Below, in pieces: positions 31,130 to 44,590 of a stretch of 64,000 nucleotides of DNA; the stretch's first letter is position 1; every line of letters begins with the position of its first letter. The notes beneath the pieces were generated by a model. It was given only the letters and a program-made list of their open reading frames with translations. It did no database searches and was not told the origin of the DNA. The translations under genes were made by a program, and so were the position numbers. The stretch is taken from the NCBI RefSeq assembly GCF_009914755.1, contig NC_060928.1; one strand, written 5' to 3'. Source of the DNA: the human T2T-CHM13v2.0 reference genome, Homo sapiens.

Positions 31130-32699
31130 CTGTAAGAACAAAAGTGCGAGGAGAAAGGATGAAGAAAGCTGGAGGCTGACTGAGCCACTGAATACTGAAG
31201 CTTACAGGCACTTTCTTGTCAAAATGCTCACAGATTCAAGGCCCCATGTACAAGGCAAGAAAAAGCACTAGAATTTTAATAATCACTTCTAAAAGAGTAT
31301 TAATATGATGCATGCTTTTAGAAAACAGGCTTTTTAAATTGCTACTTTATTGAGCAATTTCCATAAAAGATTTCATTATGTTAATTTAAAGATGCGAACA
31401 GCAAAAACTGAGAGTAAAATAATTTTAACTTCTCATTTTGTAACATATGGTGTTAAAAAGTGAAGCAGTCAAAAGGAAAGACATCTGAATAATAGGAAAA
31501 TCTTACAGGTGGTATTTAAGTCAGAAATTTTTCTTTTCTATCTATATTTAGGGATATTTATTAAACTCCTTCCAGGGCAGCGGCACTGAAAGAGATTTTG
31601 TCTTACACATCCTTGCAGACATCTAGTGCAAATGTTAAAAACTTGTGCTTCTGGATAATCATACCTCCAGGGTTTTAGCACTGTGTGGATCTGTGTGAAT
31701 TATTTTGCAAATGCAAATAATGTATCATCTAGAGAAACAGGAATTCAGTAGTTGGAATTTGATGAGATCAAAAGGATAAAAGTGTTTACTTTATAAACTA
31801 AATGTTGAAAAGTTTCAGGTAAAGAGCCATGCTTTTTATAAAATTAGTTTAGCAACCCTAATATCAGTAAGAAACAATACAATACCAACAACATGGATGT
31901 GCAAAAGGTCATCATTTGTAAGATAAATGATATCCGACATGGTGACAAAGGAAAGTTATGTCAACTGAAACAAGAATGAATGCAAATCAGGTCATTCCTG
32001 GCTAAGGGTGTCATCAAAACCTTCGTAAAGAAAGAATGGAAAGAACAAGGCCAGCACCAGCACCAGCTCATTCTCTTCTCACTTAAAAAACAAAACAAAA
32101 CAAAACAAAAAACAAGAAAAACCCACCATGGTAACCACTAAAAATCAATAGACCTAATGTGCTATTTTTAGCAGTTTAAGCATTTTGCTACTGACAGACC
32201 TTTACGGTGGTTCTTCTTGTTGTTTTGCCGCTGTTCTCAGCAGGACATTTATCATCCTTGTATATATACACTGAAGTCATTTTACTTTGGAATGTACACA
32301 TCTGATTCCCAAAAGTGGTTCACATGGTATGTGAGCTATTCTTGCTCTTTTTTATCCTGAACATATGTGTGTGGGATAGGAGGAATCAAAATAATTAAAT
32401 TAGTAATGACTTGGTTGTTATTAGGAGAGTTCAGCATCTTCATGAAGTACATTTCCAGAAAAGCATTTAATTCAATAATTTGGTTTACTTAGTGGACCTC
32501 TCCTTATTAAAATGGTGAGTGTAATTTCACAAAACAAATAAAAAAGAAAAGAAAAGAAAAAGAAAGAAAGAAATTGACCAGGTCAAGGTGCAAGGGTAAC
32601 AGTTATAAATATGGCACATACATTTTAGAATGTCATAGAGAAATTTTCATAAGCTGCCTTCTTTCTTATTCTATTCTCATTTTTCTTCTCTTCCCCAGA

Positions 32700-33110
32700 C
32701 TTACCCCATGTGCCAGTCATATTTTGTTTGTTTAAAGCCACTACAGTTTAATGAAATATCACACTTTTTCACAAGCTCACTTAGGCTGTGAACAAACTAT
32801 TTCCTCTGCTGGAACATTCACCTTATACTACCCCTGCTCCATTCCCACCAGATAAACTCTTCCTTCAGCCTTGAAAACTAGGTTTCATGTCACTCTGGTA
32901 GGGTAAAGTCCCCCTCCTGGATACGCGTACTTGAATAAAGCTCCATCTTTTACATAACACATTATCACACTCTATTGTAATGCCTTGTCTGTCTCCCTCA
33001 TTGCAATGTGACTTTTTGAAGGCAGAGCTGTCTTTTGTCTCTAATAACTTAGTACTTATTATAGTGCAGACTTTCAGATTTATTTTTTTTTTACTTAACT
33101 GGATGAAAGA
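32700..33110 (+). mobile_element. L2 3'-end fragment
   Basis: 'ttgtctgtctccctcattgcaatgtgactttttgaaggcagagctgtcttttgtctc' typical L2 3' end. Confidence 0.6.
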
Positions 33111-33738
33111 GTAATATAGAAAGAAAGAGGGCCATGAACATTAACTATTTAGGCACCTACATTTAACTGACATGTAGAGGAAAAAAAAAAGCCTAGTGAG
33201 TTGCCCGAAAAAGAAGTATTTAAAGAAGTAAATAGAGAAAGAGGCAATAGATCTGTGGGTATGAGAGTTTGAAAAGGAGAGGAGAAAACATTGTCAAATG
33301 CTATAGAAAAAGGTTGAAAGAAAGAGAGAGGAAAAGGAGAAATACTAAAGAAAGCCTGAAGTAAGGACACAATATATTTAATAGCTTTAGTTGGCTATGA
33401 AGGCTAAAGGAATAGGTGTTAGCAACTCCTGTGTCTTGGGACTGGAGAATCAACTAAAAGAGTTTTTAGAAAGACATTTAAGGGGTAAGGATGGGGCATC
33501 TGAACTTGAATAGATGGAGATAAACTGAAAGAGAGGCTGAGAAACAATAAGAAGAGGTGCAAAATAGAGACACTACAATAATGACAAGCAAAGTCTGTGT
33601 TCCCACCTTGCCCATATACTCCACATCACCGCAGCCCGCCACCTCCCCACCCTGCTTTACCCTTAGGTAATGGGTATTCCAACAAATTCAAGCTTCAATC
33701 TGCCTGGCAGTATGTCTAGTCACATTCCATGTAAATGG

Positions 33739-33850
33739 AGATTTCTATCCCAACAAAAGTTTTTTCATCATTATTACTATTTAGAAAGCCCAGATTTCTA
33801 TCCCAACAAAAATTTTATTCATCATCATTACTATTTAGAAAGCCCAGATT
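33739..33850 (+). repeat. Tandem duplication, 53/54-bp unit x2
   Basis: 'agatttctatcccaacaaaa...tactatttagaaagccc' at 33739 and 33792, with AGATT again at 33846. Confidence 0.95.
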
Positions 33851-35860
33851 CACTTCTTATAAAAAAGAAAAATTAATAATAACAATAAAGTACAATCTGC
33901 CACTGTAGCTTCATTTGTTATGCTATGCTTAGAAAAACAGAGATGTTTATGAAGAGCTACTTGTAAGATAAATTTATGTTAAACACTTCATTTATTTATT
34001 CATATGTCAAAAATTATACACATAGCTGCAAAAAAAAATAGCTTATACAGGAAATGAGACCAACTAGTAGGCTTTTTTAAAAATGTGACAGAATTATAAC
34101 CTCCCTGAAGGTGATAAGAAGTGGAAAAATCACAACATAAAGAGAAAATCATCACAGGAAGTGATCCCTGATAAGAAAATCAGTTCTGTAAAGTATAAAA
34201 TTGCTCTTTTTAATTTTTAAATTTCATGTTTTATAGAGAAGGAATGTCTTATATAGAAATGCAGCTACTTAAAAATTGGAGTACTTCTATCTATGATATA
34301 GAAAACTGTATTGATATATTTTCCTTTACTGCAAATGGTAATTACCAGAGCTTTCCTGCTAAAGACCAGTACATTATCATTAAAATAATCATAGCTTTGT
34401 TATAATTTATATTGTTTTGTTTAATTTACAAATTAATAATTATGTAATATGCTCACTTTTTTTTAGTAAATTATAAATTTGGTTGCTGAATAAAAATATC
34501 GGCAAAAACCATTCTATTGCTCTCCAAAAGCTATAGCCTAATGCAGTTCTTGGCATGCTTCCCATATTTTCTTATGTACCACAGCTCAAATTTTTGTCTA
34601 ATTCTTAAGACTTACAATTAGGAAGAAGAATGAAATCAAATGATAAACTAAAATAGATGTTTTCTACTGTGGTTTTTAACTTCCTCTGACTCATGCTTTT
34701 TCTACTTTAGAAAATGATGTGCTTCTTAGAATGAGCATAAGTCAGAGAGCATCATTAAACTTCTAATAAACCCTACACACCACCACCTAGGATTTAAATT
34801 ACTTACCTAATGGTGAAAGCTTTCATATATCATCCCCAGTCTCTTGAACATTTGGAGTTTCCTTCATTTTCTGTAGAACAATTTGTTCCTCCTAAGTACA
34901 GAATAGCTTGGTGTGACTTGATCACTTAACATATATGGTAGAAAATGTTAAACATGAAATGTATTTTATATTTAGTACTATAAATACTATACTATTAATA
35001 CAAATTAACTGGCATCTTTGGATTCAATGTCTTAATAGTATACTTGTGAAAAAGATCTTGTGATTAAAGACCAAATAATAATAATAATTTCTCTGGAATT
35101 ATCAAGCCATGAAAACACATTGCAAAGCAATCCAGATTCAAATATTTATGTTTGGAAATTATTTTATGTTTGTTTCATGCCCTCTCAATTTGCTAACTAG
35201 GAGAGAATTCAGAAAATAAATTTTGAGACAAACATTCTATGATACATTAGGCATTTTTTAAGTTGACTAGCTATGTAATAGTTTTATTATTCTCTAAAGC
35301 ATATTTGCCAGTTTTATCACCATTCTTATAAGATTTTCATAACCAATATCTTCTCTTTTTAGCTTGGGAGAGTTTTAGAATTGTGCTCCCTTAAAAGAGA
35401 ATGAGAAAAAGATCATTTTGCTCTCTTTTTAATCTCCAGGTTTAAATGTTGCTTGAAATGGTCAATTTTCTCACTGTCAACACATTATATATTAGAGATA
35501 GTTTCTTGGAATCAAAGAAAACAGAGAATCTCAGAGAGAATTATCATAAAGTTTCCCTATACATTTTGTCTGGCAGAGAACAGGCCACAATGTATATAGA
35601 GCAATAACTCTCTTCCCTTTGAGAAATAAGCTGCTACTGAAGAGTAGCAATGCCAAATTCTCATGGAGTTTTACTAAAATAATTTGTATTGTAGAACTAC
35701 TGGAACTACTGGAAATAAAAATGTGCTGACCTCTCCCCATTCCTGGTCTGTTCACATAATTTAATTTAGAGAAAGGAGAACCATTCAGTGAGGTAACGAT
35801 TAAATGAAATCGAAGTTTAAGGAAGTTATACTTTCCTCGCTGTGATTGAGACATAGAAAT

Positions 35861-36420
35861 TGTGATGGTTAATACTGAGTGTAAACTTGATTGTATTGAA
35901 GGATGCAAAGTATTGTTTCTGGGTGTGTCTGTGAGGGTGTTGCCAAAGGAGATTAACATTTGAATCAGTTGACTGGCTGAGGCCAACCCACCCTCAATCT
36001 GGGTGGGCACCATCTAATCCTCTGACAGCATGGCTAGAAAAAAGCAGGCAGGAGAAGATGGAAGAGCAGACTTTCTGAGGCTTCTGGCCTTCAGCTTTCT
36101 CCCATGCTGGATTTTTACTGTCCTCAAACATCAGACTCTCAGTTCTTCACCTTTTGGACTCTTGGACTTACACCAGTGGTTTGCAAGGGGCTCTTGGGCC
36201 TTCAGCCACAGACTGAAGGCTGCACTGTAGATTTCCTGACTTTTGTGGTTTGGGGACTTGGACTGGTCCACCGCTGGCTTCCTTGCTCCTTAACCTGCAG
36301 ACAGCCTATTGTGGGACTTTACCTTTGTGATCATGTGAGTCAACTGTCCTTAATAAACTCCCTTTCATATATACATCTATCCTATTAGTTCTGTCTCTCT
36401 AGAGAACCCTGACTAATGCA
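35861..36420 (+). mobile_element. MLT2A1/MLT2A2 (HERV-L) solo LTR
   Basis: Starts TGTGATGGTTAATACTGAGTGT, ends 'ctagagaaccctgactaatgCA'; 5-bp TSD GAAAT at 35856-35860 and 36421-36425. Confidence 0.93.
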
Positions 36421-37079
36421 GAAATCAAGGACAAAAGGAGTTTGGGTGAAAGAAGAAAGTTTTGGTTGAAATAATTTTAATAAACTAGAATTAAGGTTAA
36501 AGAGATCTAGAGCTCTGTCATCATTAACTTCTGTGTGAAATAGTGAAGAAAAAGTGAGAAAGCAAGGTAAATAGGAAAGAGATGACTGAAAATGGGAAAA
36601 ACTGATCATTTGTGCTTTTTTTCTTTCTCTAAATAATTTTTAAAATGGAGAAACTCACAAGGGCAAATAGAACTAGAGATAAATATTCTCCGGTAAGAGT
36701 TGTCATCAAAGGTTTGGACTTGTCAAAGGGCAGACAGATAGAAGTAAATGACTTACAGTACAGAGAAAGTTGAGACTTAAGTGCCTATTGAGGAGGAGGA
36801 TGCCCAGGCTTTCCAGGCTACAGAAATCTTTCTGAAAGGCTTAGAATTTGAGGCACAGAAGTCTTGGGAGCAGGAAGAGTGGGGGCCAGCCTCAGTTTAA
36901 AGTCTACATAGAGGTTAGGTTGCCTAAATTCCATCTCTCACCCAACACAGACAACTAAATAATCCTTTCCAACCAGGCAAGAGATGAGTAATTTATTCCC
37001 CCAGCAGAATAGAGCAGCAAGTTCCAAGTCTCAGAGACACTGGAAGAGAAATGCAAACCAAAGCTACAAACTGATTTAC

Positions 37080-37785
37080 GTGCATATCAGTTAGAACACC
37101 TAAAATTAAAAGGATTGGCAATACCAAGTATTGGTAAGGAAACTGAAACTCTCATGCATTGCTGAAAATGTAAATGTACAGGCACCTTGGGAAACACTTT
37201 AACAGTTTCCTATATGTTTAAACATACATCTGTCTTTTGATCCAGCAATTCTACTCCTAAATATTTACCCAAGAGAAGTGAAAACATACATTCACTCAAA
37301 TATTTGCACAAGAATATTTATAACAGCTTTACTCATAATAGCCCAAACTGGAAACAACTCAGATGTCCAACAGCAATTGAATTGATAAACAAATTATGAT
37401 TTAATAACATAATGCAATATTACTTAGTAATAGAAGGGAGTAGATTACTTATACAACAGCATGGATGGATCTTAAAATTACTTTGCTGAAAATATATGGC
37501 AAACACAAAACGGTATATATTACATGATTTCATGTATATGAAAACCCAGAAAAGGCAAGACATCTATAGAGACAGAAAGCAGATATTTGGGGTTGCCTCT
37601 GGCAGGGTTTCAGATGGGGATTGACTACAGATTGGCATTAAAGAACTTTCTGTGGTAATTAAATACTGATTGTGTTAGTGGTTATATAAACATATATGTT
37701 TGTCACAAAAACTAAGCTGTGCTTAAAATAAGTGCATTATATTATCCATAAATAATACTTTTAGAATGTTGATTTTAAAAAATAG
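37080..37785 (+). mobile_element. Old LINE-1 (L1ME/L1MC) 3' end
   Basis: 'tgatccagcaattctactcctaaatatttacccaagagaagtgaaaacatacattcac', 'agagacagaaagcagat'. Confidence 0.85.
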
Positions 37786-38202
37786 ATCAAAGTAAGTTGC
37801 AGTGTGTATTGTTTTATTTAACATTTAAATATTTGCTTTGTAACAGAGAAGACGTAAATGCATTTGAAGATTGAAGGAAAGATTCTACTGTATTAATAAA
37901 AACATGTTGATATGAGCAAAAGAAGGAAAAATTGATGAAGCATCATTCTGGAGTTGATGGGAAGGTTCAAAATTATAAGTAGAGGGGCTAGCCCTATAAT
38001 GGTAACCACCATAGTAACCATTCACTTTGTTAAAGACTCTGTTAAAGATTTATATAAATTGTCTCAATTTATCATCACAATAATCTTATGATGCAGGCAG
38101 TATGATTCCCACTTTACAGATGACAAACTTAGGATTCATAAAGATTAATAGAATCCTCAAGGTAGCACAACTACTCAGTGGTAAAACTGGGATTTCAGTT
38201 AA

Positions 38203-38803
38203 TGTCTTAGAGCATTTATTTTAGAAAAGTTATAATTGTAAACTCTCTGTCTCTTTGAAATATACATAAATCTTTTCTAAAGCTAAATAAACTTGTCAGC
38301 TTTAGGACCAAGGAATGTCTTTCTCAAGGACCTAGGAAGCATGTTTTTGAAATGTAATCACCAAAGAAGATAGGAACCCTACCTCTCACCTTCTGCCTAA
38401 GTTTATTGAGTACCTTGCTCCAAGCACCAAAGGTACCTATTGTCATAAAGATAGGAGAAGTTTATTTTTCCTTTGGATACAACCAATTTGTGAACGCATA
38501 TGGTCCCCCCAGTTGTGAGGTGAACTTAAGATAAACAATGTGTGATAAATGGTGCTGTCCAGGCCTCTTGTGGACTAATAATATTGTTTGTCTTGAGAAA
38601 ATGTATATATAATGGTCTGCATCTGCTTAGTTATATAAAAGACAGCTATTTTTTCTGTCTTCAACCTCTTTGCCAATTGCTCATGATGTTCATCACACTC
38701 TGGTTTAATGTTTATTCAATAATAAAATTGTTTCTCTTCTACCATTCTAAAGAGCTTTTCTGGATTAGGAAGAGATTTTGGTTTTAATTATATCCCCCTA
38801 ACA
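38203..38803 (+). mobile_element. ERV1 solo LTR, MER34-like, adjoining a minus-strand MIR (~38000-38200)
   Basis: 'ggaatgtctttctcaaggacctaggaagc', 'gtcataaagataggagaagtttatttttcctttggata', TATA and AATAAA, end 'cccctaaca'. Confidence 0.75.
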
Positions 38804-39622
38804 AAGATTCATAGCTAATTCCATGTTTTTCATATCTGAAGGCTAGTTTTCAAAAATTTATTTATGGTTTTCCTGAATTTCTAGTTAGCTAAAGCAAGCA
38901 CTACAAGTTAAACTTACTCTCCCAGAGCAATGGAGAACAGATGGAATGATCTTTTTTTAAGTGAAATGTTTGACATTTCTGCTCATTTTATAGAAACCAG
39001 GTGATACATAAGCCTGCAACTCACTATCTGGCATTCATCTGACATACCTTCTTCAATACCCACACTCATCGTGCTATTGTATTTGTACCAAATGTTTAAC
39101 CACCATTCACTTTTCCTTAATTTCTCTCTTAAATGTCAACACAATGAAGAATGAACCTGCACAATCCATTAAAGAACAAAGCTATGTAAAACATTGCTAA
39201 TAAGTTACTTGATGTCTGCAATCAACTGCTTCCTTGCCTCTAACTCATTTTGTATGTAGATTGTATCCACTTTCTGTTGATGAATTAGCAGCTTTTACAA
39301 GTGAATGGGCAGAAAAGAGAAGCTAAATTGGCTAATAGACACACACACAGTTAGAAAAGTCAATGTATTTTGTGCAGTGAAGAGATTTCTTTACAATTCA
39401 AGCTAACGAACTAAATTATACATATTAACGTAATGTAATATTTGTTACTGGATTGTTATCCATTTAAATATGCAAAACCTACACTTTCTCAATGCTCTAT
39501 TTCTAAAAAACTCTGCCCTATTGGCTTGATTCAATTAAGCAGTGGCCATCAGCGGCAACTTTAATAAACACTTTTGGTTTCTTTATTGCATAGTGACATG
39601 TATTGACATTATAAAGATCAGG

Positions 39623-39901
39623 GGCCAGGTGCAGTGGCTTACACCTGTAATTCCAGCACTTTGGGAGGCCAAGGCAGGCAGATCACCTGAGGTCAGGAGT
39701 TCAAAACCAGCTTGGCCAACATGGCGAAACCCTGTCTCTACTAAAAATACAAAAATTAGCCGGGCGTGGTGGTGGGTGCCTGTAATCCCAGCTACTCGAG
39801 GCTAAGGCAGGAGAATCACTTGAACCAGGAGGCAGAGGTTGCGGTGAGCCAAGATTGTGCCACTGCACTCCAGCCTGGGTGACAGAGAAAGACCCCATCT
39901 C

Positions 39902-39938
<37 letters not shown>

Positions 39939-39940
39939 AA
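39623..39940 (+). mobile_element. AluSx-class element with (AAAAG)n tail
   Basis: Full dimer, 'gatcacctgaggtcaggagttc'; no clear TSD. Confidence 0.95.
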
Positions 39941-40553
39941 GCTTATTGGAACCACAGATACATGAAGATGGCATTATCTATAAGTCCAAATTCTAACTTT
40001 TATTCAGGCCCCAAGAAATGACTCTTGGCTTTGGATTCATATCAGTAACATCTAACAATAGGAAATAAGAAATACATATAAAATATTTGGTCCAGTAGTA
40101 ATTATACCTGGACATTAGGAGTTGCCATTCTACCTGCACAGGAAGAGCCTGCCTTATTGAGTTGCAGTCACCAGTCTTTCTGGCAACATAAAATCAGTAA
40201 CCTCATGGGTCAGTTAGAACCAACTCAACATTGTACTTCCTATGGAAAAGAGGATGAGCCAAAATATGTGACAGCTCTATGTCAGCTTTTCACATTGTTA
40301 AAATACATGATTCCTCTCCTTTCACACTCTGAAAGAAATGAGAGAGATGTGGAGTTGTCAGATATTTGGGACTTAGCCATTCATTAAACAAGAAGTGTTG
40401 TATTAAATCAGTGATTTTGCCTGCCTGAAATGACCTAGAGTCTAAACAACCTCCCAGTAATGTAACAGCTATCACTTTTCTATATCTATTTAACATGAAA
40501 GTCTAATAATTATCATTATAACTATTATCTGCACTCAGGACTTTCCTGTCTCG

Positions 40554-40555
40554 TG

Positions 40556-40593
<38 letters not shown>

Positions 40594-40598
40594 TGTGT
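40554..40598. repeat. (TG)n microsatellite, imperfect
   Basis: Read directly. Confidence 0.95.
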
Positions 40599-41095
40599 AT
40601 TTTCATTCCCTATGTTTAAAAGTTCACTTTCAAAATTTGCAAGAAAATTGTCCCACATCTCAGCAAAGATAAACCATTGTATTTGTTTTTAAAAACACTA
40701 TACAAAGCAGAAAACTGTCTTTGGTGAAGAAATAACTCATTGTTGTTTTTGCTCTTGATTCATTAATCATTTACTTGGATTTCCAAGAGCAAACGAGTGG
40801 ATGCCCTCTACCAAGAATAAATAAAAGACGTTGGCAAAGCTACCTGTCATATAGTTATAATGTGGACAAAGACTGAATATTAAAAATATACTTTGTAAAA
40901 TTAAGATATGATCTGCACATTTCCAATTGTGCTGTCTTCCAGTATATCTTCAAAAACTGTATTTTAAAATTCATAGCCAAACATAAGCATGTCAAAACTA
41001 AATCTTCCTTTTAGTACATAAAAAACTAATATACTATTGGGAAAGACAAAACAATCAGGCTAACTTAACCAATACTTTTTTTCCTCTACTAATAG

Positions 41096-42022
41096 TGATA
41101 GAGGTAGGAGGCAGAGAAATTCAAGGCAGACAGGGGTGGGTCCCCAGCAAAACGCCGCCTTCAAGCCAAAACACCTGAAACCCATGGCCCAAAGTGAGAA
41201 CTTCCATCCCTGTGTGCCTGCCCTTTCCCAGTTGGTTCTTTCTGGATAATGTCTTTTTACAAATAAAATGTTGTCTTTTCCAAAACTACCTATGGCCCAC
41301 TCTGCCCCCCTCGCCACCCCCAACCCCCAACATCCTGTGCCTATAAAGACCTCAGACTCAGCCAATAGAGGAGAGAAGCTACTGGACACTAGGGAGAGGT
41401 TACTTGACTTCAGAGATGGCAGCTAGACGTCGAAAAGAGGCAACTTGACTTTGGAAGAGAGGCAGAGAGGAGGCTTGACTTCAGGAGAGCGTGACCTGCC
41501 CTTCCTATCTCCTTTCCAGCTCCCCTCTCCGCTGAGAGCCACTTTCATCACTCAATAAAATTATCCTCATTCACCATCCTTCAATTTATCTGCATGACCT
41601 CATTCCTCTTGGGCACCAGACAAGAATTCAAGATGCACCAAGCGCAAGTACGCAATAAGGCTGTCACAGTGGCCCTTTGCCCTTGCTGGCAGAGGGCAGC
41701 CTCCCCATGTGATGAGAAAAGGGCCCACTGAGCTGATAACACACTGCTGTCCATGGGCAGCGGAGCTAAGGGAACATTGTAACATGCCCTCTGGGGCCTT
41801 GGGGTCACCAGGCACCCCCACCCGGATGATGCTGCGGGGCCTGTATAGAGTTTGATCCTGCCAGCACTGAAGCAGTGGGCCAGTTCTTTCACTCATTCGC
41901 TCTGCTTCCCATATTGGTTCACCTGCACGCTGCCTCCCACGAGGGGTTGAGCAGGGCAGCTGAGTAAATGGGGCATCACTGCTGTGAGTTCCACAAAGGG
42001 GTCAAGAAAACATCCTGCATCA
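41096..42022 (+). mobile_element. ERV1 solo LTR of the HUERS-P group (LTR27/LTR28-like), 927 bp
   Basis: TG...CA termini, 4-bp TSD ATAG (41092-41095, 42023-42026), TATA 'cctataaag', AATAAA ~41554. Confidence 0.88.
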
Positions 42023-43580
42023 ATAGGAATCATTCCTTTTCTTATCTTCTTTTACTCTCAATGAGTAAAAATCAGGATTTCTAATGATTTTTTTATATGT
42101 TCAACAACTTCACAGCAAGAATGAAAGACCCATTGGGTAGGGAGATTTTGGCTGTTTTCAAAGAGGAAAGGTGGGTTGTAGTGAAAGAATTACTGCCATG
42201 GCCTTCTCAGTGGCCTCCCTGTGACACCTCCCAGACATGTCACCATTAGTGATTCATGTGGGGGCCACAAAAACCTTTATGCATAAAACTATGCATGATC
42301 TTGCCAAGGAGACAAGAGTCCCAATGATTCTTTTCCTCTCATGTGAAAGTCTGTGTGCATTCAGTGTGGAGATGTGGGAATTATGTCCTACGCAGCTAAT
42401 TTTCATCTAACAGTCACTGAAAATCTATTACATGCAAAGACGTTCATAGTCATTTCTGGACCACTAGAAAAGAAAGGTAAAGAAAACTATTATAATATGA
42501 TATGATATGAGATTTGATAGACATAACACAGGTGTTGGTAACCTTCTCCGAAATTACATGATTTCTAGTCACTAGTCTCTACTCTGGAACCTGCTTTGAT
42601 CCAAACAGGTACTTAGAATGTAGCAAATTTAACTCTCTTAGGTTCCATAACCAAACTGTCACCTTAAGAATGTGATTTCATAAAAGGCTATGTCCATCTT
42701 TCTGCCAAAATTCACTGCCTGCATGCAAATGTAGTCACACCCTATTTACCACAAAAATATCATCAGAAATATAATACTAAAAATGTCATCCTGATGTTGC
42801 ATATTTACTTCCATTAACACTTTCCATTTCAATTTTTTTCAACCTCAACCCAGGCTAATTCAAGCTGTGATCATGTAGGTTCTTACATCAGCAACATTTG
42901 TCACCAAAAATAAATATTCTGCAATCAAAACTTAACTGGCCTAGCAATTTGTTGGTGATGCATGAGGCAGAACCGAATTCAGCTTCATTCTTCCTCAGCT
43001 AAATTGACTTTCCAGCACTAAGAGCAGGAGAGATTTATGTGTTAGTAAATTAAGCAGAGCTACCCCAGGGAAAACAAAAGACACAAATACATGCAAGCCC
43101 ACAGTATTCTTTGATATTCAGTTTTGCTCCTATGCAATGTAATATATTTTAACAAGTTGGGAGACATAGATAAAATAAGAGACAATGCTCCTACTTAAAA
43201 TAAACTTTGAATTTCAGATGTAAACTGTTTAACAGCTTAACATGTGATTTGTCATCTTATTAAATCAAGAAAGAACTGAATACTCTTACTAAACGGTGGT
43301 AAACATTAGTAATTATAAAATCTCTAGCATATTTTCTTTCCTTTAAATAAATAACGTTTTCTGCTCCTGTTGCATCATTTCAGTTTACAAAGCAATGTTA
43401 TACATATTACTTTATTCAATCTTGAAAACAACACTTCCAGACTGTGGCTCTGGAATTATCATTCTTATTAAACAGATGGAAAACTGTAACCTAGAAGTTA
43501 AATCAAGAAAACAAACCTAAGAACATGCAACAAGAGCCTGGAGAAAAATTAACACTCTCTCTTCTTATTCATACCACATA

Positions 43581-44240
43581 CAGTTGATTCTTGTTAATCA
43601 TGGTAACTGTGTATGTTATGGTTATATAAAATCACCACAAACACTGAATTAATGAATACTGAACCATTGTTTCTATGGGAAATGCAGAGTTAGGTTCCTG
43701 TGAGCCTGTGCTCACATTTTTATCAACTGACCAATATAGAATTTTGCTTTATGTATATTTCTGTTTAAAATCACATTCAGTATATATTGTTGATTCAGTA
43801 ACATTGAACTTATGGCCAACAGCACTATAATTAATGCCTGAATGAAATTTACCTAGCATACCTACATTCTCCATAAGGCATGTCCCAGTCTTTTGCACTT
43901 AGAAACACTAGAGAGCACTTCAGAACTATGCTTGGGGACTATTAAACAACAAAATGATGAAAAAATACAAAAAAAAGAAAAAAACCACACACACACACAC
44001 ACATTAAATAAACTACCAAAACACCCACTTGTTTACCATAGGGGAACAGAAACAGGAAGGCGAAGTGTCTCTTTGTTCACCTTCAGCTGGAAACAAGTGC
44101 TTTGGGTGACTCAAATTTTTGGCCACTCTTTACATATATGTGCATGTCTGCAAATAACCAAGCATTGATTTTAGGGTTCCAGATAAATTTCAGTGAGTAG
44201 GTAAATTCACAATATACAGTTGATCCTCATTATCTGTGGA
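43581..44240 (-). mobile_element. MER6A-like Tigger MITE, with one terminal repeat inverted
   Basis: TA|CAGTTGATTCTTG left end; interior is the reverse complement of the MER6 arms at 18434-19560; 44215-44240 reads as the terminal repeat in the wrong orientation. Confidence 0.85.
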
Positions 44241-44590
44241 AGATAAATAACATATCTATCTTATGAAGATGTTTATATATTCATCTTAAATGACAAATTT
44301 AGAGAAAGAAAAGGGAAAAATACATTTACCTGTCTATACTCTTAATGTTAACAGCAATGTTACAGTGATAATTGAAAATACGTTGGAATATAGATGAAGG
44401 GTGTGACTGCCCATGAAGATGTTGTACATGTTTAACCCTTCTCTTGACATTTGACTGTTTTATGTTGAGGGAAACCTGGAGATGAAGGGAATAATAATAG
44501 ATGTAGGGAGAGGGAAGAGTTTGAATTTGGATTTACCCAAGCTGAACATTGACTAAACTGATTCTGAACAGATTCTAAAGAAAATAATTA

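Noticed and set aside
35531-36013. 160-aa minus-strand ORF
   Set aside because: Begins in the antisense strand of the MLT2A LTR and runs into AT-rich flank; no recognisable domain.
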